Origin: Thermoplasmata archaeon
Lineage (GTDB): Archaea > Thermoplasmatota > Thermoplasmata > Lutacidiplasmatales > UBA184
NCBI GenBank assembly: GCA_035504395.1
Contig: DATJRX010000032.1
Location: forward strand, 1,510 to 65,509
Direction of reading: 5' to 3'
DNA: 64,000 nucleotides
Position 1 is the stretch's first letter. Each line of letters starts with the position of its first letter. This document shows positions 25,684-35,174 of this stretch, one piece after another. The notes below the pieces were generated by a model, which was not told the origin of the DNA, made no database searches, and saw only the letters and a program-made list of their open reading frames with translations. The position numbers and the translations under genes are program-made.

Positions 25684-26526
25684 TCAACGCGCCGGCGCGC
25701 GCGGGGGAGAGCTCGGAGCCCCCGCGCCGGGGTTCGGCACGCCGCCTTCCTCGGCGACGATCGCGAGCGCCTCGTCGACCGTCGCGTGCGCATGGACGAT
25801 CGCCCGCAGCGCCTTCAGCATCGCCACCGGGTGATCGGACTGCCAGATGTTCCGGCCCATGTCGATCCCGTGGGCCCCCTCATCGATCGCCCGCCGCGCG
25901 AGCTCGAGCGCGGCGCGATCGCTGTCGAGCTTGGGCCCGCCGGCGACCACCAGCGGGACGGGGCAGCCCTCGACGACCTTCGCGAAGTCCTCGCAGTAGT
26001 ACGTCTTCACGAGGTGCGCCCCGAGCTCCGCCGAGACCCGGCAGGCGAGCGCGAGGTAGCGGGCGTCCCGCTTCTCGAGCTCCTTCCCCACGGCGGTGAT
26101 CGCCATCACGGGGATCCCGGCCTCCTCGCCCTCGTCGACCAGCTCGCCCAGGTGGACGAGCGAGTCGTGCTCGTGCGGCGAGCCGACGAAGACGCTCATC
26201 GCGACCGCGCTCACGTTGAGGCGCACGGCCTCGCGCATCGAGGTGGTGATCTTCTCGTCGGAGAGGTCGTCCTTGAGGACGGTCGCTCCGCCCGACACCC
26301 GCAGCACGATTGGGGTCGGGGACTCCGGGGGCACGCACCGGCGCAGGATTCCGCGCGTCAGCGCGAGGGCGTCGGCGTGGGGCAGCAACGGCGCGATCGT
26401 CGAGCGGGCGTCCTCGAGGTGGCGGGTCGGTCCCATGAAGTAGCCGTGGTCGACCGCCAGCATCACCGTGTTGCCGCTCGCCGGCGCGAACATCCGGGCC
26501 ATCCGGTTCGCCAAGCCCCAGTCCAT
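25684..26526 (-). CDS. class I aldolase of the DhnA / FbaB / ADH-synthase (AroA') family
   Basis: MLAVDHGYFMGP, the Schiff-base lysine context HLVKTYY, PLVVAGGPK and GIDMGRNIWQ are family hallmarks. ATG at 26526. The 526-aa track ORF is a read-through composite. Confidence 0.8.
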   Translation of the reverse strand: MDWGLANRMARMFAPASGNTVMLAVDHGYFMGPTRHLEDARSTIAPLLPHADALALTRGILRRCVPPESPTPIVLRVSGGATVLKDDLSDEKITTSMREAVRLNVSAVAMSVFVGSPHEHDSLVHLGELVDEGEEAGIPVMAITAVGKELEKRDARYLALACRVSAELGAHLVKTYYCEDFAKVVEGCPVPLVVAGGPKLDSDRAALELARRAIDEGAHGIDMGRNIWQSDHPVAMLKALRAIVHAHATVDEALAIVAEEGGVPNPGAGAPSSPPRAPAR

Positions 26527-26591
26527 GCGCGTCCCCTTCGGCGCGGCGAGCGAGCGGGGCCCTTTGATGTTTGCCGGGGCGCGCGCGGGGC

Positions 26592-27083
26592 CTACGCCGC
26601 GGCCTCGGCGTCCCCCCCGCGCCGGGAGATCGGGACGCGCCGATCCTCCTTCACGCGGTTGAGGACGACCTGCGTGTTCGTCCGCTCGACGTGCGGGTCC
26701 TGGAGCGCGTGCTTCACGAACCGGTCGAGGTCGCGCCGATCGCGGAACCGGCCGATCAGGAGCGCATCGGTGTCGCCGGTGATGTCGTAGATCGCATAGG
26801 CGCGGGCGTCGCGCGCGAGCCGCTCCTCGACCTCCCGGAGCCGGCCCTTCGAGATGCGGATCCCCATCGCGGCCCAGAGGTCCCAACCGAGCTGCTCGTC
26901 GTCGAGGAGCGGGATGTAGCCGCGGATGACCCCCTGCGCCTCCATCCGCCCGATGCGCGCGCTCACGGTCGTGGGCGAGACCTTGAGCCGGTGGGCGATC
27001 GTCCGGTGGCTCCGCCGGGCGTCGACGTTGAGCTCCTCGAGGATCGACCGGTCGAGGTCGTCGAGCATGGACGTTCGCCGCAT
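26592..27083 (-). CDS. Lrp/AsnC-family transcriptional regulator
   Basis: LDDLDRSILEELNVDARRSHRTIAHRLKVSPTTVSARIGRMEAQGVI (HTH) plus a RAM-domain C-terminus. The start is the ATG at 27083 (leaderless geometry) or at 27068. Confidence 0.9.
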   Translation of the reverse strand: MRRTSMLDDLDRSILEELNVDARRSHRTIAHRLKVSPTTVSARIGRMEAQGVIRGYIPLLDDEQLGWDLWAAMGIRISKGRLREVEERLARDARAYAIYDITGDTDALLIGRFRDRRDLDRFVKHALQDPHVERTNTQVVLNRVKEDRRVPISRRGGDAEAAA

Positions 27084-27103
27084 GATGACACATTGTAATA
27101 GTA

Positions 27104-27112
27104 GGAAATAAA
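27104..27112 (-). promoter_or_regulatory. TATA-box-like element for the Lrp/AsnC gene
   Basis: The minus strand reads TTTATTTCC. The octamer TTTATTTC ends 21 nt upstream of the ATG at 27083. Confidence 0.45.
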
Positions 27113-27128
27113 GCGCGTGGCAGCAAAG

Positions 27129-27144
27129 ATGGACGTTCGTCCAT
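27129..27144. promoter_or_regulatory. perfect 16-bp palindrome ATGGACGTTCGTCCAT between the divergent lrp and glnA genes (candidate operator)
   Basis: Exact inverted repeat read directly from the sequence. An 11-nt copy of one arm plus centre (ATGGACGTTCG) recurs at 27067-27077, over the lrp start region. Confidence 0.5.
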
Positions 27145-27202
27145 TTTCGCAAGGTGAATGTTGATGTAGGTCGGGACCGTCGGACCGAGCGGAGGTCGGA
27201 CG

Positions 27203-28666
27203 TTGTCCCCCGCCAAGCAGTCGAAATCGGGCCCGGACGGTGTGAAGATCCTCGAGCAGCTCACGGCGGAGAAGGTCCGCTGGGTCCAGTTGTTCTACAC
27301 GGACGTGTTCGGCGGCTACAACCAGGTCGACGTCCCGCTCCACACGCTCGAGCCCGACTCCTTCGAGACCGGCGTGCCCAAGCTCGATGGCTCCTCGGTC
27401 CGCGGCTTCCGCGAGATCTTCGACTCCGACATGCTGCTCGTGCCCGACCCCCGCACGCTCGCGACGATCCCGTGGAACCCCGAGGCGGGCGGAACGGTCC
27501 GGTTCATCTGCGACGTCCGCATCGGCGGCACCCGGACGGCCTACGACCACGACCCCCGGGGCGTCGCCCGCCGGACCGAGCAGGTCCTGGCGAACGAGGG
27601 GTTCGACACGTCGTACTGGGGGCCCGAGATCGAGTTCTGGGTCTTCGACGGGGTCGAGCTCCTGCCGTCGTACCAGGGGGTCCACGACGCCTGGGCCGGC
27701 GCCGGCTACCGCATCCACCAGGGCGAGGCGCCGTGGGAGGCGCAACCGATCCAGGGCACGGTGCGGTTCAAGGAAGGCTACCATCGGACGCCCCCGGTGG
27801 ACTCGCTGCTCGGGCTGCGGGCCGAGATGTGCAACATCCTGGCGGACCAGTTCCACATCGTGATGGACGCCCACCACCACGAGGTCGCGACGGCGAGCCA
27901 GTCCGAGCTCAACATCCGCTTCGACGAGCTCGTGCCGATGGCCGACCACGTCCAGGACGTCCGGTACGTGATCAAGAACGTCGCCCGGAAGCACGGGAAG
28001 GTCGGCTGCCTCATGCCGAAGCCCGTCTACGGCGACAACGCGATCGGGATGCACACGAACCAGTCGCTCTGGACCAAGGGGAAGAACACGTTCTACGACG
28101 CCTCCGACAAGTACGCCGAGGTCAGCCAGACCTGCCGGTACTACGTCGGCGGGCTGATCAAGCACTCCCGGGCCCTCTGCGCGATCACCAACCCGACCAC
28201 GAACTCCTACCGCCGGCTCGTCCCCGGGTACGAGGCGCCGGTCTTCATCGCCTGGAGCCGGGCGAACCGCTCGGCCAGCATCCGCATTCCCGCCTACTTC
28301 CGGGGCCGGCCGGCGCCGAAGCGGATCGAGTACCGCACGCCCGACTCCGCCGCGAACATCTACCTGACGGAGGCCGCGCTCGCGCTCGCGGGCCTCGACG
28401 GGATCAAGAAGAAGATCGAGCCGCCGCCCCCCGTGGACGAGAACATCTACAAGCTCACGCCCGAGCGGCGGCGCGAGCTCGGGATCCACGAGCTTCCGGG
28501 TTCGCTCGGGGAGGCGCTCGACTGCCTCGCGTCGGACCGCGCCTTCCTCAAGCCGGCGTTCGCGTCGTCGCTCATCGACACCTACCTCGAGCTGAAGCGG
28601 GGCGAGCAGCTCGCGCTCAACCTGCGTCCGCACCCGTTCGAGTTCTACCAGTACCTCGACGTGTAG
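27203..28666 (+). CDS. glnA: glutamine synthetase, type I
   Basis: VRWVQLFYTDVFG at the N-terminus, a GS beta-grasp and a catalytic domain (KPVYGDNAIGMHTNQSLW, NPTTNSYRRLVPGYEAP, SIRIP). The TTG start at 27203 is preceded by GGAGGT with a 6-nt spacer. An alternative GTG is at 27241. Confidence 0.9.
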   Translation: MSPAKQSKSGPDGVKILEQLTAEKVRWVQLFYTDVFGGYNQVDVPLHTLEPDSFETGVPKLDGSSVRGFREIFDSDMLLVPDPRTLATIPWNPEAGGTVRFICDVRIGGTRTAYDHDPRGVARRTEQVLANEGFDTSYWGPEIEFWVFDGVELLPSYQGVHDAWAGAGYRIHQGEAPWEAQPIQGTVRFKEGYHRTPPVDSLLGLRAEMCNILADQFHIVMDAHHHEVATASQSELNIRFDELVPMADHVQDVRYVIKNVARKHGKVGCLMPKPVYGDNAIGMHTNQSLWTKGKNTFYDASDKYAEVSQTCRYYVGGLIKHSRALCAITNPTTNSYRRLVPGYEAPVFIAWSRANRSASIRIPAYFRGRPAPKRIEYRTPDSAANIYLTEAALALAGLDGIKKKIEPPPPVDENIYKLTPERRRELGIHELPGSLGEALDCLASDRAFLKPAFASSLIDTYLELKRGEQLALNLRPHPFEFYQYLDV

Positions 28667-28745
28667 TGTAGTCCTCGGACCGCGTCGCCGTCCCCGCCCC
28701 ACCGACCCCACCCTTCAACTGGGACCTCGCCCCTCGCCCCCGACG

Positions 28746-30308
28746 ATGCCGGGCGCGACCGCGTTCGTGGGCGGCCGGGTCTTCACGGGCGACCGGCTCT
28801 GCGCCGCCCTGCTGGTGGAGGGCGGGATCGTGTCGGTCGCGGGCTCCGAAGCGGAGGTGCGCCGGGCCGCGCCGACCGGGACCGAGGTCCGCTTGCTCGG
28901 CGGTGCCCTCGTGCTGCCGGGCCTGATCGACGCCCACCTCCATCTGGCCGAGATCACGCGCCGGCGCGACGGGCTGGACCTTTCGGGGGCCGCGTCGCTC
29001 GAGGCGCTCGCGACGATGATCCGAACCTGGGCGGACGCGCATCCGGGTCCTGCCGTCGTGGGCCGCGGGTTCGACCCCGAACGGTGGCCCGGGGCGGCGT
29101 GGCCGACCCGCGAGGACCTCGACCGGATGGCCGGGGGCCGGCCGGTGGTGCTCGTCCATGCGAGCGGCCACGCGTGGGTGGTCGGTTCGCCCGTCCTCGC
29201 CGCAGCCGGGGTCGACCGATCGACGCCCGACCCCCCGAGCGGCCGGTTCGGACGGTCGCCCGACGGCGCGCCCGACGGTCGCGTCCTCGAGGCGGCGATC
29301 CCGTTCCTCGAAGCGCGCCTGCCCGACTGGGAATCGGTCGAGCCCGCGGCGATGCTGCGCACCCTGAGGTCGACGGCGGCCCTGGGCCTCACGACGCTGG
29401 GCGCGATGAGCGTGCGTCCGGACGAGGCCGTGGTGCTCCGTCAGCTCGTCGATTCGGGTGTCTGGCCCGGACGGGTGCGGATCTACCTGCGGGGGGACCG
29501 GTGGCGCGAGTACTTCCGGGATCCCGGGGGGCCGTCGGGGCCTCCCGGGCGGTTCGAGGTCGTCGGGGTGAAAGCGTTCACGGACGGGGCGTTCGGTCCT
29601 CGGACGGCCCTCCTTTCGGAGCCGTACACGGACGCGCCGGACACGACCGGGATCGAGGTCGGAACGAGCGCCGAGCTCACGGCGCTGGTCCGCGAAGCGT
29701 CCCGCGCCGGGCTCGCGCCGGCGCTGCACGCCATCGGCGACCGGGCGGTCCTCCGCGCTCTCGACGTCGTGCGGGGGCTCGTCCGGCCGCGCGGGCGTCC
29801 GCCTCGCATCGAACACGCCGCGCTGACGCCCCCGAGCCTCTGGCCCCGGCTCGACGAGGTCCGGCCGGCGCTCGTGGTGCAGCCCGGGTTCGTCTGGAGC
29901 GACCGCTGGCTGACGGCGCGGCTGGGGGCGGATCGGGCGCGATGGGCCTACGCGTTCCGCTCCCTGCTCGATCGGGGTCACGTGCTCGCCGGCTCGAGCG
30001 ACGCCCCGTACGATCCGATCGACCCGTGGCGAGGGCTTCAGGCGGCGGTGCGGCGGACCGACCCGACGGGCGCCTCGGCGAACCCCGACCCCTCCGAGGC
30101 CGTGGACGCCGCGACCGCCGTGCGGCTCTACACCGTCCACGGGGGTCTCGCCCTCGGCGAGCCCCGCTTGGGCCGCCTCGAACCGGGGTCCGCCGCGGAC
30201 CTCGTCGTCGTCCGCGCCCCGACGCTCGAGGCCGCGATCGCGGCCGGAGCGTCGATCGTGCTCGAGTCGTGGGTCGCGGGCGAACCGATCCGGTCCGACC
30301 CCGCGTAG
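28746..30308 (+). CDS. metal-dependent amidohydrolase (Amidohydro_3 / YtcJ-like)
   Basis: LPGLIDAHLHL metal-binding HxH, HAIGDRAV, and C-terminal GSSDAPYDPIDP. Confidence 0.8.
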   Translation: MPGATAFVGGRVFTGDRLCAALLVEGGIVSVAGSEAEVRRAAPTGTEVRLLGGALVLPGLIDAHLHLAEITRRRDGLDLSGAASLEALATMIRTWADAHPGPAVVGRGFDPERWPGAAWPTREDLDRMAGGRPVVLVHASGHAWVVGSPVLAAAGVDRSTPDPPSGRFGRSPDGAPDGRVLEAAIPFLEARLPDWESVEPAAMLRTLRSTAALGLTTLGAMSVRPDEAVVLRQLVDSGVWPGRVRIYLRGDRWREYFRDPGGPSGPPGRFEVVGVKAFTDGAFGPRTALLSEPYTDAPDTTGIEVGTSAELTALVREASRAGLAPALHAIGDRAVLRALDVVRGLVRPRGRPPRIEHAALTPPSLWPRLDEVRPALVVQPGFVWSDRWLTARLGADRARWAYAFRSLLDRGHVLAGSSDAPYDPIDPWRGLQAAVRRTDPTGASANPDPSEAVDAATAVRLYTVHGGLALGEPRLGRLEPGSAADLVVVRAPTLEAAIAAGASIVLESWVAGEPIRSDPA

Positions 30309-30336
30309 GCTAAGGCGCCGCGCGTCTCGCGGGTCC

Positions 30337-30978
30337 GTGGCCGATCCCCCGCCCGTCCCGACGCTCAAGGAGTTCTCGCCGTCGATGCGGGTCGACGTGC
30401 TCATCTCCGACTGGAGGGCCGGCCTCGACCCGGACAGCTCGGAGGAGGAGAAGGAGCGCCGGCTCTACGGGGAGGCGTGGTCGGCGTACCTCGACGGCGA
30501 CTACGGGTTCGGACTGTGGTGCTGGCACGAGTGCGACCGGCTCACGAGCAACCTCAACGGGAACGTCCGCGAGGTCACCCGGATCCTCGGGCCCGGGCGC
30601 TACTTCGGGTTCTCGCACCGCAAGGCCGTCGCCGAGGCGGTGCCGGTGGAGCGGATCTACCGGCCCCGCAAGGGCGACATGAGCACGCCGAGGACCGACG
30701 CGTTCGTCCTTCCGCACTACCAGGTCCTCTGCGTCTACCTCGTTCGCGCCGGCTCCGGGGACCCCAAGGCGAAGGCGCAGCTCGAGATCGCGCTCCTCGA
30801 GCTCGAGGAGCGACGTCGGGCCGATCCGTTCCTGAAGTACTTCGAGACGTTCCGAGACCTGCTCGCCCGCAGCACGGGTGCGTCCCGGCCCGCGGACCCG
30901 GCGCCGGCGCCCGCGTCCGCCCCGCCCCGCTCGAAGAAACGGGCGCGCTCGCCCTCCCCCTCCGAAGGTTCCGTATAG
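30337..30978 (+). CDS. hypothetical protein (213 aa) with a basic Ser/Pro-rich tail
   Basis: GTG-initiated ORF with balanced, Trp/Tyr/Cys-containing composition (LWCWHECDRL) unlike the artefact ORFs. No motif recognised. Confidence 0.5.
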   Translation: MADPPPVPTLKEFSPSMRVDVLISDWRAGLDPDSSEEEKERRLYGEAWSAYLDGDYGFGLWCWHECDRLTSNLNGNVREVTRILGPGRYFGFSHRKAVAEAVPVERIYRPRKGDMSTPRTDAFVLPHYQVLCVYLVRAGSGDPKAKAQLEIALLELEERRRADPFLKYFETFRDLLARSTGASRPADPAPAPASAPPRSKKRARSPSPSEGSV

Positions 30979-31008
30979 ACGGTCCCCCTCGGCCGAGCCG
31001 GAGGTCCG

Positions 31009-32199
31009 GTGCGCGCGGTCGTGCTCGGGGGCGGCGGCCTGACCGGCCGCTGCTCGGTCCGCGACCTCGCGACCGGCGGGATCTTCGACGAGGTCGTCGC
31101 GGCCGATCTCGACCGGCCCCTCGCGGAGGCCGCCGCGCGGGCCGCGGGCGCGCGCGCCCGCGCCACCGGTCTCGACGTGCGGGACCGGACGGCGCTCGTG
31201 GCCCTCCTCCGGGGCGCCGACGTCGTGGTGAACGCGGTCCAGTACGGGTTCAACCTCACGGTGATGGAGGCCGCCCTCGAGGCGAACGTCCCGTACCTCG
31301 ATTTCGGGGGGCTGTTCCACATGACGCGGCGCCAGCTCGCGCTGGACAGCGCCTTTCGCGGCGCCGGCCTGCTCGCGATCCCCGGCCTGGGCCAGGTCCC
31401 CGGGGTCTCGAACGTCCTCGCCTCGGCGGCGAGCGTCGACCTCGACCGCGTCGACTCGCTGCTCATCCGGGACGGGTGGCGGGACCTCACCGTCGGCGGC
31501 CCCGAGATCGCGTTCACCTGGTCCCCGAGCACCTTCCTGGACGAGATGGTCCTCCCGGCGATGGTGTTCGAAGGGGGCCAGTACCGGGAGTACCCGCCGA
31601 TGAGCGGCGCCGAGGAGTACGACTTCCTGCCCCCGGTGGGCCGGACCCGGGTCTATCGGGTCCTGCACTCCGAGGCGGCCACACTTCCGGAGAGCCTCCG
31701 GGCGAAGGGCCTCGCGCACTGCGAGTGGCGGGAGGGCGGCCCGGGCATGGAAGTGCTCCGGACGATGGCGCTGCTCGGGCTCGCCTCGGAGCGCCCGCTC
31801 GAGGTGCGGGGCGAGCCGGTCGTGCCGAAGGAGTTCACCCTCGCCCTGCTCAAGCGCGAGCGGCTGCTCGGGATCCCCGAGGGGGTCACCGTCACCGACT
31901 GGGAGGTCTGCGACATCGAGGTCCGCGGGTCGAAGGGGGGCGCCACGGTCGTCCGCCACGCCGTGGCCCGGTTCCCGGCGCGGCCCGACTGGCAGTTGAG
32001 CGCCACCGAGTACGCGGTCGGGGTCGCCGGCGCCATCGGGGCCGAGATGATCGCGACGGACCAGGTGAAGGAGGTAGGGGTCGTTCCCCCCGAACGCTGC
32101 ATCCCGGTCGGGCCGTTCCGGGAGGCGCTCGCGCGACGGGGCATCGAGACCGCCATCGTCCCCCCCGAACCCCCGCTCGGACCGCCGCGGGCGGTGTGA
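31009..32199 (+). CDS. saccharopine dehydrogenase-family NAD(P)-binding oxidoreductase
   Basis: N-terminal Rossmann segment MRAVVLGGGGLTGR with the two-domain layout typical of the saccharopine dehydrogenase / homospermidine-synthase-like family. Confidence 0.7.
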   Translation: MRAVVLGGGGLTGRCSVRDLATGGIFDEVVAADLDRPLAEAAARAAGARARATGLDVRDRTALVALLRGADVVVNAVQYGFNLTVMEAALEANVPYLDFGGLFHMTRRQLALDSAFRGAGLLAIPGLGQVPGVSNVLASAASVDLDRVDSLLIRDGWRDLTVGGPEIAFTWSPSTFLDEMVLPAMVFEGGQYREYPPMSGAEEYDFLPPVGRTRVYRVLHSEAATLPESLRAKGLAHCEWREGGPGMEVLRTMALLGLASERPLEVRGEPVVPKEFTLALLKRERLLGIPEGVTVTDWEVCDIEVRGSKGGATVVRHAVARFPARPDWQLSATEYAVGVAGAIGAEMIATDQVKEVGVVPPERCIPVGPFREALARRGIETAIVPPEPPLGPPRAV

Positions 32200-32381
32200 G
32201 CCCGCGCGCGGGATCGGCGCCCATACCGGCCGCTCCGGCGCCGGAACCGCCGGCCCGGTCGGGTCCGGAGACGACGCCCAAGGTCCGGTCGCCGGTATAT
32301 CAACCCTATAACTCGTCAGAAATCCGAGCCAAGATTAAATAGGCCACTCGGGGTCCGAACGCCGCCCGCGATGGCTTCTTT

Positions 32382-34031
32382 ATGGCGGACCTTCCAACCG
32401 CCCCACCACCCACCCTGCCGGCGCGCGACGCCGACGGGACGAAGCGCGGGTCCCCCGTCGAGCGCGCGGTCGGACTGACCGCGGCCGACTCCGACGTCCA
32501 GACCCCTCCGACCCCGACGCCCGAGCCCGCCCACAAGGCCCCTCCCGAGCCGGAGGCCGAGGAGAAGAAGGAGCCGAAGGAGAGCGCGAAGGCGGAGCCA
32601 AAGGCGCCGGAGCCGAGGGCCGAGTCGAAGGGCGAGCCCAAGGAGGCCCCGGCGGCCGAGGTCGAGGCGCTGCCGATCCCGATCGCGCGGCTCGTCCCGA
32701 AGCTGAAGACGAGCGCGAAGCTGTTCGCGGAGGGCAAGAAGTACATCCCGAACTCCTCGAGCTCCCTCATCCGGGTCGCGTCGTACGACCCGTGTCCCCC
32801 GTTCATCGCGGCGGGGAAGGGGGCCCGGATCTGGGACGAGGACGGGAACGAGTACCTGGACTTCAACCTCGCCTACGGCTGCCTCATCAACGGTCACGCT
32901 CCGAAGGAGCAGGTGAAGGCGATCCAGGACCGGGCCGAGCTCGGCCTCCACTTCGCCGCGCCGACCTCGCTCGAGATCGAGGTCGCCAAGATGTTCCGCA
33001 AGATGGTCCCGAACGCGGAGCGCGTCGCGTTCTGCTCGAACGGGACCGACGCGACGCAGAACGCGATCCGGATCGCGCGCGCGGTCACGGGCAAGGACGC
33101 GATCCTGAAGTTCGAGGGCCACTACCACGGGCAGCACGACTACGCGCTGATCAGCGCGGAGGCGCCCCCGATCGTCGCGGGGCTCGACGAGTACCCGCGC
33201 CCGCTCCCGAACTCGGCGGGGATCCCGCCCGGCGTGACCGACTACGTCATGGTCGCGCAGTACAACTCGCTCCCGTCGTTCGAGCGGATGGTCAAGCGCT
33301 ACCGCGACCGGCTCGCGTGCGTGATCTTGGAGCCGGTCATGGCGAACTCGGGGGTGATCCCCCCGGCCCCGGATTACCTGAAGCGGCTGGTCGAGATCGC
33401 GCACCAGAACGAGCTCCTCGTGATCTTCGACGAGGTGTTCACCGGCTTCCGGGTGGCCCCGGGCGGCGCGCAGCAGCTCTACGGGGTCGAGCCGGACATC
33501 TCCTGCTGGGCGAAGGCGCTCGGGGGCGGGGTCACGATCTCGGCGGTCTCGGGCAAGGCCGAGTACATGGACCTGATCGCCCCGGGCCGGATCTCGTTCG
33601 GCGGCACCTACTTCGCGAACAACCTCTCGCTCGCGGGCGCGCTCGCGAACCTGAAGATCCTGCACCGCGGCGGGGAGGACCTCTACGCCCGGTTCGGCCG
33701 GATGACCGAGAAGCTCGAGAAGGGGCTCGAGGAGGCCGCGCGCGACGAGAAGATCTCCGTCGTCGTCCAGTCGGTCAACGGGATGCTGCAGTTCTTCTTC
33801 ACCCGGCGCAAGAAGATCACGAACTACCGCGAGTCGCTCCAGATCGACTGGAACCTGTACCTGCGGCACCACCAGCTCTTGCTGGACAAGGGGATCTACA
33901 TCCACCCCGATAACTACGAGCGGATCACCTTCTCGAGCGCCCACAGCGACAAGGACATCGAGCGGTTCATCGCGGTCACCCACGAGACGTTCCGCGAGCT
34001 GAGGACCCTGCCCCGGGACTATCTCCCGTGA
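32382..34031 (+). CDS. class III PLP aminotransferase of the glutamate-1-semialdehyde aminomutase (HemL)-like branch, with a ~100-aa K/E/P/A-rich N-terminal extension
   Basis: ARIWDEDGNEYLDFNLAYGCLINGH, SNGTDATQNAIRIARAVTGKD, KFEGHYHG, FDEVFTGFR, and the PLP-lysine context WAKALGGG. Confidence 0.8.
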   Translation: MADLPTAPPPTLPARDADGTKRGSPVERAVGLTAADSDVQTPPTPTPEPAHKAPPEPEAEEKKEPKESAKAEPKAPEPRAESKGEPKEAPAAEVEALPIPIARLVPKLKTSAKLFAEGKKYIPNSSSSLIRVASYDPCPPFIAAGKGARIWDEDGNEYLDFNLAYGCLINGHAPKEQVKAIQDRAELGLHFAAPTSLEIEVAKMFRKMVPNAERVAFCSNGTDATQNAIRIARAVTGKDAILKFEGHYHGQHDYALISAEAPPIVAGLDEYPRPLPNSAGIPPGVTDYVMVAQYNSLPSFERMVKRYRDRLACVILEPVMANSGVIPPAPDYLKRLVEIAHQNELLVIFDEVFTGFRVAPGGAQQLYGVEPDISCWAKALGGGVTISAVSGKAEYMDLIAPGRISFGGTYFANNLSLAGALANLKILHRGGEDLYARFGRMTEKLEKGLEEAARDEKISVVVQSVNGMLQFFFTRRKKITNYRESLQIDWNLYLRHHQLLLDKGIYIHPDNYERITFSSAHSDKDIERFIAVTHETFRELRTLPRDYLP

Positions 34032-34138
34032 GGCGCGGCCGGCGCCGCGCGGCGGTGGTCGGTTGGATTAAGAACGGGAAGTCGATAACCCGCGAACGGT
34101 CGGGCCGGCCGAGTCCCGATCCCGCGTAGGGTCGAAGA

Positions 34139-35170
34139 ATGGGCCGTAGCCTGAGCGACCTGTTCGTCTTCGTCGGAAAGCGTCTCCTCCAGCTGATCCC
34201 GGTCCTCCTCGGGGTGATCCTCCTCACCTTCTTCGTCTCGCATCTCCAGCTCTCCGCGAGCACGCTCTGCCACGAGTGGTACTTCCACGCCGGGTCGGGG
34301 ACCTACGCGAACTGCGAGGCGAAGTACGGCCTTCCCCTGAGCACCCAGTTCTGGAACTACCTCGTCAGCCTGGGCCAGGGGAACTGGGGCGCGGCGGTCC
34401 AGGGCGCCTCGGTCTCCACCGCGATCGCCACCCACCTGCCCGCCACGATCGAGCTGGTCCTCGCCGCGCTGTTCCTGATGATCGTTGTCGGGATCCCCCT
34501 CGGGGTCATCGCCGCCCAGTACAGCGGCCGTCTGGGGGACCACCTGGTGCGGCTGTTCTACCTCAGCGGTTGGGCGACGCCGACGTACCTCGGCGCGGTC
34601 ATCGTGGCGATCTTCGTCGGGCCCTGGTTGGGGCTCCCCACGAGCGGGGAGTACTCGACGATCATCGTACCGTTCCCCCAGTACACGCACATGTCGGTGA
34701 TCGACGCGATGATCGCCGGCAACCTCCCGTACACGATCGACGCGATCGACCACCTGATCCTGCCGGCGGCCGTGCTGGCCTTCATCAACATGGGCATCGC
34801 GACGCGGATGACCCGGGCCTCGATGCTCGAGGTACTGCCGCTGGACTACGTCCGCTCGGCCCGGATGAAGGGCCTCACCGAGTTCTGGGTCCTCTACAAG
34901 CACGCGCTCCGCAACGCCCTGATCACCACCACGACCGTCCTCGGGCTCACCGCCGGCGGCCTCCTCGCGGGCACCGTGGTCGTCGAGGAGGTGTTCGACT
35001 GGCCCGGGATCGGCCAGTACGCGTACACGGTCATCGGCGGCGGCGGCTCCGCCCCGAACTTCGACGGGGCGATCGCCGTCGTGGTCGTGTTCGCGATCGC
35101 CGTGGTCGTGGCGAACCTCGCGGCGGACGTCCTCTACGGGCTCCTCGACCCGCGCGTGGATTGGAGATAG
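34139..35170 (+). CDS. ABC transporter permease, PepT (peptide/opine/nickel) family, DppB/OppB-like
   Basis: N-terminus MGRSLSDLFVFVGKRLLQLIPVLLGVILLTFFV and the EAA-like loop YVRSARMKGLTEFWVLYKHALRNA. Confidence 0.9.
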   Translation: MGRSLSDLFVFVGKRLLQLIPVLLGVILLTFFVSHLQLSASTLCHEWYFHAGSGTYANCEAKYGLPLSTQFWNYLVSLGQGNWGAAVQGASVSTAIATHLPATIELVLAALFLMIVVGIPLGVIAAQYSGRLGDHLVRLFYLSGWATPTYLGAVIVAIFVGPWLGLPTSGEYSTIIVPFPQYTHMSVIDAMIAGNLPYTIDAIDHLILPAAVLAFINMGIATRMTRASMLEVLPLDYVRSARMKGLTEFWVLYKHALRNALITTTTVLGLTAGGLLAGTVVVEEVFDWPGIGQYAYTVIGGGGSAPNFDGAIAVVVVFAIAVVVANLAADVLYGLLDPRVDWR

Positions 35171-35174
35171 GCCG

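Noticed and set aside
25684-27264. 526-aa track ORF spanning the aldolase gene and the region beyond it
   Set aside because: It is a composite. The aldolase signature begins at MDWGLANR (ATG 26526). The upstream 245 codons are Arg-rich and overlap the well-supported Lrp/AsnC gene in another frame.
32306-32866. 186-aa minus-strand ORF rich in Gly/Ser/Ala/Phe, antisense to the start of the HemL-like gene
   Set aside because: It mirrors the low-complexity K/E/P/A-coding segment on the plus strand and has no start context or motif. It is most likely an antisense artefact.
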